Below, in pieces: positions 33,540-43,226 of a DNA stretch of 43,226 nucleotides. Under the pieces are notes generated by a model. That model was not told the origin of the DNA. It saw only the letters and a program-made list of their open reading frames with translations, and ran no database searches. The translations under genes were made by a program, and so were the position numbers. Each line of letters begins with the position of its first letter. Positions within the stretch are counted from its first letter, which is position 1. The stretch is from a virus (Duplodnaviria; Caudoviricetes), in IMG/VR virus record IMGVR_UViG_3300005611_000061, positions 1 to 43,226 of that record. One strand, written 5' to 3'.

Positions 33540-36311
33540 ATGAAACTACCAGAACTTTCAGAGGTTCAGTTTCAGTCAGCTGCTCGATCTCAAGAGTTCG
33601 ATCCACTCCAGCTTCCTGATCCTAACCCATCTCTTTCACAAAACCTTTCGATCATTCAACAGAGCTTTGCCAATATGGCTCAAAGTGGTAAGTTGAATGC
33701 GGAAGCTTTATATCGCAGCGACCCGCAAAAACAAGAGTATTCATTTACTGACCGCCTTGGCCAGCTATCTGAGTTGCTGCCTAAGGCTATGCAAACTCTT
33801 AGCCAAGCTCAGGAGATTGACGTTGCTATTCAAATGGCACGTGCTGACGATCAATATTATCAAATGCTAGAGCAAGGTTTGATTCCACCAAACGGTGAGA
33901 TTCTTGCTATTGAGCAAAATGAAAAAGATAAGAAACTGATTCTTGATGGTGCAGCTGCAGATGCAGCAAAAGCAACAGATAGTTATGACATACCACGTGG
34001 TATCCTTAACTTCTCTAACCACGGTGAGATTTCTCTAAAGCGTAAGCTTGCCAAGCATATGTTTACTAACGTCTATCCTGATTGGATGACGACTCAACTA
34101 GAAACCAATACATCTACTATCATGGTAGAAGATGGTCAAGGTGGTATGGTTGAGGTACGTATCAACGATTCTGAGCTTCCTGATTTCCAGTTTAAACAGG
34201 TGATGTCACACCTACGTACTGCTTTTATGGGTCATGAGTTGCTGGCTAATACCAACAATGACTTGATTCAAAAGGAAATGGCTATTGGTTTTACAACCGA
34301 CGCTAAGTTGCAACGTGAGCATACACGTACATATCGTGCAGCTGATGGTAAACGACGTTTTACTAGCGAGTTTAACACGATGTGGGAAGAGTTTGGTAAT
34401 GGTAACTTGATGGCTTTGGCAGAAATGAAAAAGGCTGCCGAGTCAATGCCTGATGAAAAAGGTATTGGGTATACAGATACCAACTTAGCATTTTTTGACC
34501 GGTTGCGTAAAGCAGTAAAAACCACCGCTGCAAACGGTGCTGAGTTTAACCTAGGTGAGTTCCTTACAAAAGCTACGTTTGAAGATGGTCAAACTATGAT
34601 GCAACGTGCACCTGCTCAAGCTCGTATTATGATGCGTGAGTATCGTGATGAACGTCGTAAGTATCTTGGCAACAAACGTAAAGCAGATACGGAAGACCTT
34701 AAGTTTGGTGTTACTACGTTTATCTCTGACTGTCAGGAAAGCGGTCAATGTACGACTGCTGACTACGTAGAGTTTAACCAAATGCTTGCCCTTAAAGGTG
34801 GTGAGATTGGTGTGTCTGTATCTGAATTGCAAGGACTTGTTAGCCAGTCAATGCGGCTGTCTTCTGTAGAAGGTGAAGATCTTAATGAATATCGTAAACA
34901 AGTAGATATTGCTTTGGCTACGGGTCAAGCTACTTCTAAAATGGAAGCTATGCAAAACCCAACTATCCGAGCTGAGTACGGTGAAAAGGTTGCTAAGCAG
35001 GAAGAACGTACACAGTCTGACGAATATAAGTTTAGTTCTGGTCAAATTGAAGCAGCTATCAAGGGTACTCACTCAGCTCTAGTTGATCCTCAAGGTCAAA
35101 TGAAGTTTATGACTAGAGGTGCAAATGCTCACTATCAACGTGTTTACGACCAAGAATTTGCACGTATCAAAGATACTAACGCCCAACGTCCTGAAGGTCA
35201 AAAACTAACTGATCTAGCAATTGCTAAGCAGGCTGAAGAGTTTGTCTTGTCTCAATGGAACAAAGATAAAATTGACCCTGCACATGATTATTATGTTGAT
35301 CCAAAGAACGGCAACATGCCTAACTATCCACAGCCTGAAGAGGCTAAGGCGGATCAAGCTGTTCGTGCTAATGTAAATACTTTGGCGACTGAGGCTAAGA
35401 CACAATCTGGTATTCTTAACGCTGTAGTAGCTAACCCAGCACTGATGTACAATAGTGAAGAAGCTGCAGCTGCTGTTCAATTGTTCCAAACTACTGGTCG
35501 TATTGATCCAAATCTAGAGTACAAAGCAAAACTGATAAATGAACAAGTAGGTAAAGTCGTGATCACTAATCCCATCCAACTGGCGTTAGCCGCTGCTGTT
35601 GGTCATGGTCATCTTAAACCAGAAGACCTGAAATCAGTACAACCTCCTGCTGTTGTGCGTCGTTTGAATGCACGAGGTAGGCGTCAGTATATGAAAGATC
35701 TATTGCAGCTTGGAGGTTCTACTTATACTAACTTAGCTAAGTATCGTCCAGCAGGACCGGGTTCTGCTATGCCGGTACGTGGTAGTATGGCTGGTAGTGT
35801 GCAAACTACATCACCAGGTGTTAGAGGTTTGGGTGAATTAGTACGTTCAGGTGAAGGTGGTTACAATTCTATGTTCCCATCTGAAGAATACCCTGATCTT
35901 ACAAACATGGTTATCAACACTGAGCTTGTAAACTTCCAACGTCAAAAACTAGGCGATGGTCGTGCCTCTGCTGCTGTTGGTGCCTATCAATTCTTGGAAC
36001 CTGAGGTAGCAGCAGCTCGTGCTGGTCTACCACCTGATGCCAAGTTTACTCCTGAAAACCAAGATAGAATGTTCCTAGCTACTCTACTGACTAAACCTGG
36101 TCGTGAAGCTATTGCTCAATATCTGCAAGGCAGCAGTAATAATATTGAGTTAGCTATCGATCAACTGGCTATGGAATTTGCATCTATTGAATACCGTAAC
36201 GGTCGTAGCTACTATCAAGACGGTGTTAACAAAGCAAGCGTAACTCGCGCTCGTGCAGCTGCTGCGCTGTTGTCTGCCCGTGAAGAAATGATGAGGAGCC
36301 GCGCAGAATGA
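33540..36311 (+). CDS. Internal virion protein (gp15-like) with a C-terminal lysozyme/transglycosylase-like domain
   Basis: 923 aa; SGEGGYNS...SAAVGAYQF...FTPENQD near the C-terminus. Confidence 0.75.
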   Translation: MKLPELSEVQFQSAARSQEFDPLQLPDPNPSLSQNLSIIQQSFANMAQSGKLNAEALYRSDPQKQEYSFTDRLGQLSELLPKAMQTLSQAQEIDVAIQMARADDQYYQMLEQGLIPPNGEILAIEQNEKDKKLILDGAAADAAKATDSYDIPRGILNFSNHGEISLKRKLAKHMFTNVYPDWMTTQLETNTSTIMVEDGQGGMVEVRINDSELPDFQFKQVMSHLRTAFMGHELLANTNNDLIQKEMAIGFTTDAKLQREHTRTYRAADGKRRFTSEFNTMWEEFGNGNLMALAEMKKAAESMPDEKGIGYTDTNLAFFDRLRKAVKTTAANGAEFNLGEFLTKATFEDGQTMMQRAPAQARIMMREYRDERRKYLGNKRKADTEDLKFGVTTFISDCQESGQCTTADYVEFNQMLALKGGEIGVSVSELQGLVSQSMRLSSVEGEDLNEYRKQVDIALATGQATSKMEAMQNPTIRAEYGEKVAKQEERTQSDEYKFSSGQIEAAIKGTHSALVDPQGQMKFMTRGANAHYQRVYDQEFARIKDTNAQRPEGQKLTDLAIAKQAEEFVLSQWNKDKIDPAHDYYVDPKNGNMPNYPQPEEAKADQAVRANVNTLATEAKTQSGILNAVVANPALMYNSEEAAAAVQLFQTTGRIDPNLEYKAKLINEQVGKVVITNPIQLALAAAVGHGHLKPEDLKSVQPPAVVRRLNARGRRQYMKDLLQLGGSTYTNLAKYRPAGPGSAMPVRGSMAGSVQTTSPGVRGLGELVRSGEGGYNSMFPSEEYPDLTNMVINTELVNFQRQKLGDGRASAAVGAYQFLEPEVAAARAGLPPDAKFTPENQDRMFLATLLTKPGREAIAQYLQGSSNNIELAIDQLAMEFASIEYRNGRSYYQDGVNKASVTRARAAAALLSAREEMMRSRAE

Positions 36312-39300
36312 ACTACGATCCCTTAAAAGAGATTTCAATGCCGGACTTAGAAGTGCCGGTAGAAGATGAAGTTGTTGAGTCAATACTTCCGTCTGAAGAA
36401 GTAGTTGACGACTTTGATGTTGAAGGTATTACTGAGGCTTTGTCTGAAGCATATCCTGACATCAAAGTAGAAGACGAAGAACCTGCAGAAATCAAACCAA
36501 CGTTTACTGAAGAACAACAGGCTAACCTGGATGAGCAGGAACGTATGCGTACAGAGATGTATGCAAAAGATCCTAGATCTGAAAGTGGTCTTAATGAAGA
36601 CGATGGGTTTTTCGATGCCACAATGGACATCTTGAGTGCTCCAGCTGCTGGTATTAACGACTACCTAGTTGATGAAGTAAATAAACTACCTGGTGTAAAT
36701 TTCCGTAAGCAACCACAATACGAAAACGAGATTGCCAAAAGCATTCGTGGTATTAGTGGTCTAATCTTACCATTCTTGGGACTTAAAGGGTCAGTTAAAG
36801 GTGTTAGCGCAAACATTGCTGCTAAAAGCCCGTTAGCTACACGTACTCCTAAAACAAACCGAGCATTGAAATGGATGCTTGACTTGGGCATCGATACTGG
36901 TATTGGTGCATATGTTGACTCTACTGCTAAGACCAACCAACTAGACGACAACTTTGCTGGCTTTCTAAAAAAAGAATGGAAAGCAGTTGGTAAGTATATT
37001 CCCAGTGACTGGGCTACCCTTGATGGTGAGTCACCTGAAGTGTGGGCTGAAAAAAACCGCAACGAAGGTGTCATGATGGGTTTTACCTCTAGTTTCTTGG
37101 AAGCTGGCATTAAGCTGTTCCGTGCTATTCGTGGCACACGTAGCGTAACTGACTACGTGTTTGAAAACGAGTCTGCAGCTAAAGCATTTGCTAGAGCTGA
37201 GGAAACTAATCCACAAGAGTTCATGGAAAACATGGAGGCTGCTGCTGCTAAAACAGAGCAGGCTTTGGATGAAATTGGTGAACTGGCTCTATCTAAGAAC
37301 GCTAACCCAGAGGAGGCTACAAAGGGCGTACACGACGTTTTCCATCCTGATGAGGTTGGCGTACGTACAGCCGACGACATGGGGGTTGTAGGCGCTGCTG
37401 TGGACCAGGTGCGTATCCAAGACAACGTGGGTACCGTACACGGTAGACTGCGTAGCATGGTATCGGAAGCAGCTCTTAAATATGGCTTAGAAGCAGATCA
37501 ACTGCCTAAGCGTACTATTGTAGAAGCTGTACAAGAGCAGATCCGTAAAGCTGGATCTTATGATGCTTTCCTGCCGGATGGTGCTAAGATTGGTTTTGAG
37601 CAGATTGATGCGGCTGGTACCCGGCTTGCTGAACTGCTTACTGACCCACAAGCTGATCCTGGTTGGCTCAAGCTTATGTTGGGTGAGTTTACAGAAGAGT
37701 ATACACGTCTTGGTAAAAATGTCAGAGTATTGAACGATGAAGGTCTTAACGCTGGTATGAAAGCTATTAAGAAATACCTTGATGAGTATGTTAACCTTGA
37801 TGCTGATAAAGCTCGTGCATATCTTACAACTTCCTTAGCTGGTCAGGTTTCTGACATTGCTGAACAGGCACGTAATATGGAGGGTACTCTTGCTGTTAAG
37901 CAGGCGCAAGACCGTATCTTTGACCGCTTGACTTATCTCGTTATGGAGACTGGTTTGGCTAAAAAGATGCGTGGTCAAAAGCTTAACTTCCTTAATACTT
38001 GGAAGCGTAACCCCAGGTCTTATGAAGCTATTCAAGAAGCAGCGCGTGAAGCTGCTAAATCAGCAGAAGATCTTGCTCAAGAATCTGCAGATGAAGCACT
38101 AGCTTTTACACAAACACTGCGAGCTGTTGCTGAAGAACGTCCTGAGTTCTTTGATCCGCTACGTTTGGCTTATGAGTTTTCTGATGGCGACATCAACACC
38201 ATGGCTAAACTCAACGAGTATATTAAAGAAAGCCTACCTGCTATTCAAAAAGCTGTATACGATAAGCGTCCTGACATCCCCAACGTTATTGTACAAGGTC
38301 TGTATTCCAACTACTACAACTCTATCCTGACTTCTGCCTCTACTCCTGTAAAGGCGATTATGGGTAACACTGGTGGTATGATTGCAAAACCTGTGGCACA
38401 CCTTGGCGGTGCAGCTATTGGTCTTGATATGCGTCAGCTAAAACGTGGTTTTGTTACGTATAGTGCTATTATGGATTCCTTTATCAAAGGAACCAAGCAC
38501 ATGGGTAAGGTGTTTACCATGGCATCTAAGGATCCCAACAGTGTAAGTTATATGGTACGTGATGATCTTGTCACACGTAACCTAGAGAACTTTGAGCTTC
38601 TCAGGTCATATGCTGACGCTGCATCAAAACGTGGTGAAGATGGTCCCGCCGCTCTTTTAGAAATTGCAGAAACTCTTGACGCACTTGGCAACAATCCTAT
38701 ACTGCGATTTGGTGCTAATGTTATGTCTGCGTTTGACGGATTTACGCGTGCTGTCATGGCTAACGGTCGTGCACGGATGCTGGCATATGACGACTTTATT
38801 GACGAAGGTATAAAGCCTACTAAGGAAGCATTCCAAGCTAAAGCTAAGGAATACTACGACTCTATGTTTGATACAAAGGGTCTTATCAAAAACGACTACG
38901 TAGACTACGCAACTAGTGAAATTGCATTGAACCTCGATACTCCTCGTGTTCGTGCTTTTACTAATCTCATCAAAGCTAACCCTTGGATGAAGCCGTTTGT
39001 GTTGTTTCCTAAGACCAGTGCTAACGTTGTTTCTACTTTTGGTACTTACAGCCCAGTTACCATTTTTATGGATGACTACAAAAAAATTGTAGGCACCACT
39101 AAGATGCGTGACTTTACAGCTGAAGAGCTAGAAAAGCTTATGGTACCACGTGGTCTAAAACCAACTCAAGCTGAGTTTGACGGTCTACGTGCAGAGATTC
39201 GTGGTAAGAAAGCTATTGGTACAGCTGCCATTATGACTGCCTTTGGTATGTGGCAAGCTGGCAGAATCCGCGGTAACGGTCACTTTGACCCTAACCGTCA

Positions 39301-40267
39301 ACGTGTACGTGTTGAGGCGCAGAACTACCAAAAGAAAACCTTTATGGATGACGATGGTAACTGGCACAGCTACGACTGGCTTGGTCCACTCGGTGACTGG
39401 ATGGCATTTACTGTTGACGTCATGGATAACTTTACTAGCATCTCTGAACCTGATTTGTTCCTTAACAAAGCAACGTTTGTACTTGCTGCCGCTTTGACTA
39501 GCCGTGATATGTTTGCTGGTCTTGAACCTATGTTTGATGTGATGCGTGGTGACGCAGGTGCTCAAACCCGTTGGGCTGGTAACTTCCTGAGTCCTATGGC
39601 ACCGCTTCATGGTGTACGCCGTGATATTGGTCGGGTTATTAACCCAGCTTTACGTATTGTTGAAAACGAACTTGGTCAGCACATTCGTAACAAAAATGGT
39701 GTTGCTGATGTTTTGGACCCTGAAGGTGCGTTGCCTGAACTAAATGATTGGCTTTATGGTGACAAGGTTGGGTATACAGAAAACCCGTATCTCCGAGCTT
39801 GGAACGCTGTTATGCCTATGAAAGTGTTTGAAGGTCGTGATCGTCCAGAAGCTGACTTCTTGGCAAAGATTGAGTACGACACTCGACCTGTGTTTAACGT
39901 TGCTGAAAATGGTGTTAAATATACAGCTGACGAACAGAAAAAGCTGTTTGAAATCATGGGTAAGACTGGTTATTTTCGAGAGCGTATTGCTTATTGGATG
40001 GGCATTTATAATGCCGATGAGTGGCGTGATACTATCCATGGGTTGCGTTTGAAAGACGGTGAGGAAATTGACGAAAAGATTTTCGATAACCTTTACATCA
40101 ACATTGATGCTGCTGCTCGTGAAGCTAAAAAACTGGCTGAACAACAATTGCCTCAAGAGATGCAAGATGAACTTAACGCACGTATTTACCAAGCTGGTCG
40201 TAATATCGTAGACCAAAAAATGGGACAACCTCCCAGGTTTGACGTTCAAACTATGACTAACAAATAA
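36308..40267 (+). CDS. Internal virion protein (gp16-like)
   Basis: 1319-aa helical protein, the last gene before the tail fibre. Confidence 0.8.
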   Translation: MNYDPLKEISMPDLEVPVEDEVVESILPSEEVVDDFDVEGITEALSEAYPDIKVEDEEPAEIKPTFTEEQQANLDEQERMRTEMYAKDPRSESGLNEDDGFFDATMDILSAPAAGINDYLVDEVNKLPGVNFRKQPQYENEIAKSIRGISGLILPFLGLKGSVKGVSANIAAKSPLATRTPKTNRALKWMLDLGIDTGIGAYVDSTAKTNQLDDNFAGFLKKEWKAVGKYIPSDWATLDGESPEVWAEKNRNEGVMMGFTSSFLEAGIKLFRAIRGTRSVTDYVFENESAAKAFARAEETNPQEFMENMEAAAAKTEQALDEIGELALSKNANPEEATKGVHDVFHPDEVGVRTADDMGVVGAAVDQVRIQDNVGTVHGRLRSMVSEAALKYGLEADQLPKRTIVEAVQEQIRKAGSYDAFLPDGAKIGFEQIDAAGTRLAELLTDPQADPGWLKLMLGEFTEEYTRLGKNVRVLNDEGLNAGMKAIKKYLDEYVNLDADKARAYLTTSLAGQVSDIAEQARNMEGTLAVKQAQDRIFDRLTYLVMETGLAKKMRGQKLNFLNTWKRNPRSYEAIQEAAREAAKSAEDLAQESADEALAFTQTLRAVAEERPEFFDPLRLAYEFSDGDINTMAKLNEYIKESLPAIQKAVYDKRPDIPNVIVQGLYSNYYNSILTSASTPVKAIMGNTGGMIAKPVAHLGGAAIGLDMRQLKRGFVTYSAIMDSFIKGTKHMGKVFTMASKDPNSVSYMVRDDLVTRNLENFELLRSYADAASKRGEDGPAALLEIAETLDALGNNPILRFGANVMSAFDGFTRAVMANGRARMLAYDDFIDEGIKPTKEAFQAKAKEYYDSMFDTKGLIKNDYVDYATSEIALNLDTPRVRAFTNLIKANPWMKPFVLFPKTSANVVSTFGTYSPVTIFMDDYKKIVGTTKMRDFTAEELEKLMVPRGLKPTQAEFDGLRAEIRGKKAIGTAAIMTAFGMWQAGRIRGNGHFDPNRQRVRVEAQNYQKKTFMDDDGNWHSYDWLGPLGDWMAFTVDVMDNFTSISEPDLFLNKATFVLAAALTSRDMFAGLEPMFDVMRGDAGAQTRWAGNFLSPMAPLHGVRRDIGRVINPALRIVENELGQHIRNKNGVADVLDPEGALPELNDWLYGDKVGYTENPYLRAWNAVMPMKVFEGRDRPEADFLAKIEYDTRPVFNVAENGVKYTADEQKKLFEIMGKTGYFRERIAYWMGIYNADEWRDTIHGLRLKDGEEIDEKIFDNLYINIDAAAREAKKLAEQQLPQEMQDELNARIYQAGRNIVDQKMGQPPRFDVQTMTNK

Positions 40268-40298
40268 CCACCCGTAACCTAAAACATTAAAATGTGTA

Positions 40299-43226
40299 AT
40301 GGCTACAACTGAAGTATTTTACAACGGTGACGGATCTGACGTCACCTTTACAATTCCATTTGAATATTTAGAGGAATCCGACGTCAAAGTTTCTGTCGGA
40401 GGCACCTTACAAACTCAAGACACTGATTACACGTTTTCAACTCTAACTGAGATTACGTTTACTACTGCACCTCCAACTGGTACAGATAATGTAAGGATTT
40501 TTAGAGATACGGACATCAACACCCTGCGGAACGAGTTTTTCGCAGGTTCTGCCATCCGTGCACAAGACCTAAACGATGACTTCCTGCAAACCCTTTACAC
40601 GGTGCAGGAGATTAGTAATTACACCTGGGATAACGAAACAAATACAATCCATAGTGACGAAACGTGGGTAAGCTCTGATACTCAGATTGCTACCACCGCT
40701 GCTATGGATCAGCGGTTCCAAGACGAAGCAACTGAAACTATTGAAAGTACAGAGACGTGGGTTAGCGATGATGATCGTGTACCCACTACACTTGCTTCTG
40801 ACAACCGAGTAGATAGTAAGATTGATACTGCTATTGAAGGGGACATCCTCATTGATAGTACCGGTCTTACTAAGTCTGCTGCTGGTGGTCAGGTAACCAT
40901 TGGCATTGGTGCTAACTCTGTTGACCTTGACCGTATCAAAAATGAAGATATTGTCACGTATGCTGAGCAGAATGCTGGGTCTCCTTCTTGGGATAGTGAT
41001 AGTCGCATCCCTACGACTTATGCTGCTGCTAAGCGATTTGACACCCTTGTGCAGATCGCTACACCCACAGGAACCGACTGGGAAGTAGGTAAGACGTGGC
41101 TGCAAAATGACGTAGACAAAACCCTTTCTATTTGGAACGGCAGTGCTTGGGTAGCTGTTGCTTCTGGTGGTGCCTTTACTGAGCTTACTAAGGTTATCTA
41201 CGTTGACTCTGTTAATGGTGATGACACCTTGGCTGGTCACCGTATTAGTAACCCTAAGCGTACCATTAAAGCAGCTATTGATGACATTAACGCTGATCCT
41301 GATGGTGACGGCAGTATTGTATTGGTTGCACCGGGTATTTACGGTGAGACGTTCCCAATCTCGATTCATAAAAATGATGTCGCTATTGTTGGTCAGTCCC
41401 TAAGAAACTGCATCGTTCACCCTGCTATCCCTGCTGCTGATCAGGCTGGATATAGCGTAGATGTGCCAGAGGCTAACGAACTGTCTACCATGTTCGAAGT
41501 CAATAGCGGTACATATATCTATGGCTTGACCTTGACTGGTATGAAGGCTAGCGGTACTCGTGGCGGTAACAGCCTTGATACTGACTCTACCTACGGTCTT
41601 CCTACTAACCAAGGTTGGAACTTTGCGTTCCGTTCTGGTGCAACAATTAAGAAGTCTCCGTACATCCAAAACTGTACTAACTTCTCTGATAGCCAGATCA
41701 ACAACGTAACCTTTATACCGCATACGCCTGGTGAAGGCGCTGCTGGTGACCTTGATTCTGCTCCGTCTGGTGGTGGTATTCTTATCGATGGTTCTACTGT
41801 TGATTCGTCTAGCCCACTGCGGTCGATGGTGTGTGATAGTTACACCCATACTGCACTTGATGGTCCTGGTATCTTTGTTACCAACAACGGTTACTGTCAG
41901 GCAACTAGCTCCTATTCATTCTTTAACCACTTCCATCTAAAGACAAAGAATGGTGGTCAAGCTAACCTCGCTGCTTCTACTACTGACTTTGGTAGTCATT
42001 CATTGATTGCTGACGGACGTTCTCCGTACGCTATCTTTACTGCTACTACAACTGTAACTGCAAGCGACGGTAGTGCTACGTTTACTATCGGTACACCAAC
42101 CGCACGTACTGCAACACCTCTGCCTTGGCATGGTAACGCAACACGTCCCCAGGACAACATGCTTGTGGACATCGGCGGTAACACCTACCCAATCCTTAGT
42201 GCTGTTGCTAATGGCGCTGGATGGGATGTAACAATCAGCCGTCCTGATCCTAATGACCGTAACAGTAACCTTGGTCTTGACGGTACTGTAAATAGCGGTT
42301 CTGCTGTCAGTTTCTTCCTTCGTTCAATGATCGCCTCTAGCGGTCACACGATGGAGTACGTTGGCAGTGGTACTGATTATACTGCACTGCCTGAGAACGG
42401 TGGTGTACCTGATGACACCAAACAACTTACCGAACTAAACAACGGTAAGATCTGGGCTGCTATTACGGATCACCGTGGTACGTTCAAGGTTGGTGATACG
42501 TTTGAAGTTAATCAGCAAACTGGTTTTGTTGACATTGATGCAGCAGCTAGTAATGCTGTAACTAAGACAGCACAGACTGGTTCTGCCATCATTCCTCTTG
42601 GTACAGACGCTCAACGTGACGGTTCACCTAATAATGGTTACTTCCGTTACAACACTACTCGTGATGAGTTTGAAGGTTATGTCGGTGGTGCCTGGAGCAA
42701 AATTGATGGTGTGATTGATGGTGATAAGGGCGACATTACTGTGTCTAGTAATGGCGGTACTTGGACTATCGATAACGACACAATCACTAACGCTAAAATG
42801 GCAGATGATGCCATTGGTATTGCTGAACTGTCGGCAACTGGTACACCGGGTTCTGGTAACTTCCTGCGTGGTGATAACACTTGGGCAGCAGCTTCTGCTG
42901 ATCTAGTTTCAGATACTACACCACAACTTGGTGGGATGTTGGATGTTAATGGTCAGTCTATCGGTGATGGCACACTTGAGCTTCTTAAGTTTTCCGAAAC
43001 AGCTTCTGCTGTTAACGAGCTGACGGTTACTAATGCTGCCACTGGTAACGGTCCAACACTTTCAGCTACTGGTGATGATACCAACGTTAATTTAGACCTG
43101 ACTGCTAAAGGCACTGGTCTTATCCAAGTAACTGAAAATGGGCTATCTAAAGTACCTATTGTCACTCAACACGACATTGGTACTGCTGCTAATGAGATCC
43201 CATTGAACCAGTATCTCGGTACTGCT
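40299..43226 (+). CDS. Tail fibre / tailspike (gp17-like), partial, runs off the window; not in the ORF track
   Basis: MATTEVFYNGDGSDVTFTIPFEYL...VRIFRDTD is a T7 fibre adaptor N-terminus. A beta-helix-type start (IYVDSVNGDD...TIKAAI...VAPGIYGE) follows. The frame was open at every spot check through the last base. Confidence 0.9.
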   Translation, partial: MATTEVFYNGDGSDVTFTIPFEYLEESDVKVSVGGTLQTQDTDYTFSTLTEITFTTAPPTGTDNVRIFRDTDINTLRNEFFAGSAIRAQDLNDDFLQTLYTVQEISNYTWDNETNTIHSDETWVSSDTQIATTAAMDQRFQDEATETIESTETWVSDDDRVPTTLASDNRVDSKIDTAIEGDILIDSTGLTKSAAGGQVTIGIGANSVDLDRIKNEDIVTYAEQNAGSPSWDSDSRIPTTYAAAKRFDTLVQIATPTGTDWEVGKTWLQNDVDKTLSIWNGSAWVAVASGGAFTELTKVIYVDSVNGDDTLAGHRISNPKRTIKAAIDDINADPDGDGSIVLVAPGIYGETFPISIHKNDVAIVGQSLRNCIVHPAIPAADQAGYSVDVPEANELSTMFEVNSGTYIYGLTLTGMKASGTRGGNSLDTDSTYGLPTNQGWNFAFRSGATIKKSPYIQNCTNFSDSQINNVTFIPHTPGEGAAGDLDSAPSGGGILIDGSTVDSSSPLRSMVCDSYTHTALDGPGIFVTNNGYCQATSSYSFFNHFHLKTKNGGQANLAASTTDFGSHSLIADGRSPYAIFTATTTVTASDGSATFTIGTPTARTATPLPWHGNATRPQDNMLVDIGGNTYPILSAVANGAGWDVTISRPDPNDRNSNLGLDGTVNSGSAVSFFLRSMIASSGHTMEYVGSGTDYTALPENGGVPDDTKQLTELNNGKIWAAITDHRGTFKVGDTFEVNQQTGFVDIDAAASNAVTKTAQTGSAIIPLGTDAQRDGSPNNGYFRYNTTRDEFEGYVGGAWSKIDGVIDGDKGDITVSSNGGTWTIDNDTITNAKMADDAIGIAELSATGTPGSGNFLRGDNTWAAASADLVSDTTPQLGGMLDVNGQSIGDGTLELLKFSETASAVNELTVTNAATGNGPTLSATGDDTNVNLDLTAKGTGLIQVTENGLSKVPIVTQHDIGTAANEIPLNQYLGTA

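Noticed and set aside
40267-40280. CACCCGTAA resembling the 3' part of the Syn5 promoter (also ACCCGTAA near 2249)
   Set aside because: Only 8-9 nt match and the upstream half is missing, which is not enough support.
40569-41369. 266-aa minus-strand ORF and other short ORFs in 40.5-43.2 kb
   Set aside because: They are shadows of the uncalled + strand tail fibre gene.

Overview
Near-complete genome of a marine T7-like cyanopodovirus (Autographiviridae-type; host most likely Synechococcus, inferred from psbA, hli and an nblA-like gene). All convincing genes are on the + strand. The window is permuted relative to the T7 map. It opens in the late tail, putative lysis and packaging region (1-8 kb), followed by thyX. 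A non-coding gap at about 9.0-9.7 kb probably holds the genome ends and the early promoter. Early genes, RNA polymerase and the replication and nucleotide module follow: SSB, endonuclease I, primase-helicase, a split DNA polymerase, exonuclease, nblA, DUF3310, MazG-like and class I RNR. Next come portal, scaffold, an auxiliary island (hli, OMP-like gene, psbA, glutamine-II riboswitch with a YRG peptide), capsid, tail tube, internal virion proteins and a tail fibre gene that runs off the end. The most unusual signals are non-coding: (1) 15 same-strand copies of CATGGAC concentrated in the first-entering ~5 kb; (2) two minimal tRNA-like elements with a shared architecture between early genes; (3) a glutamine riboswitch in front of an uncalled 38-aa peptide; (4) a 26-bp T7-promoter-like repeat found after terminase and inside the RNAP gene; (5) structured leaders in front of psbA and the capsid gene. 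All calls come from reading the sequence and recalled family motifs; no searches were run.
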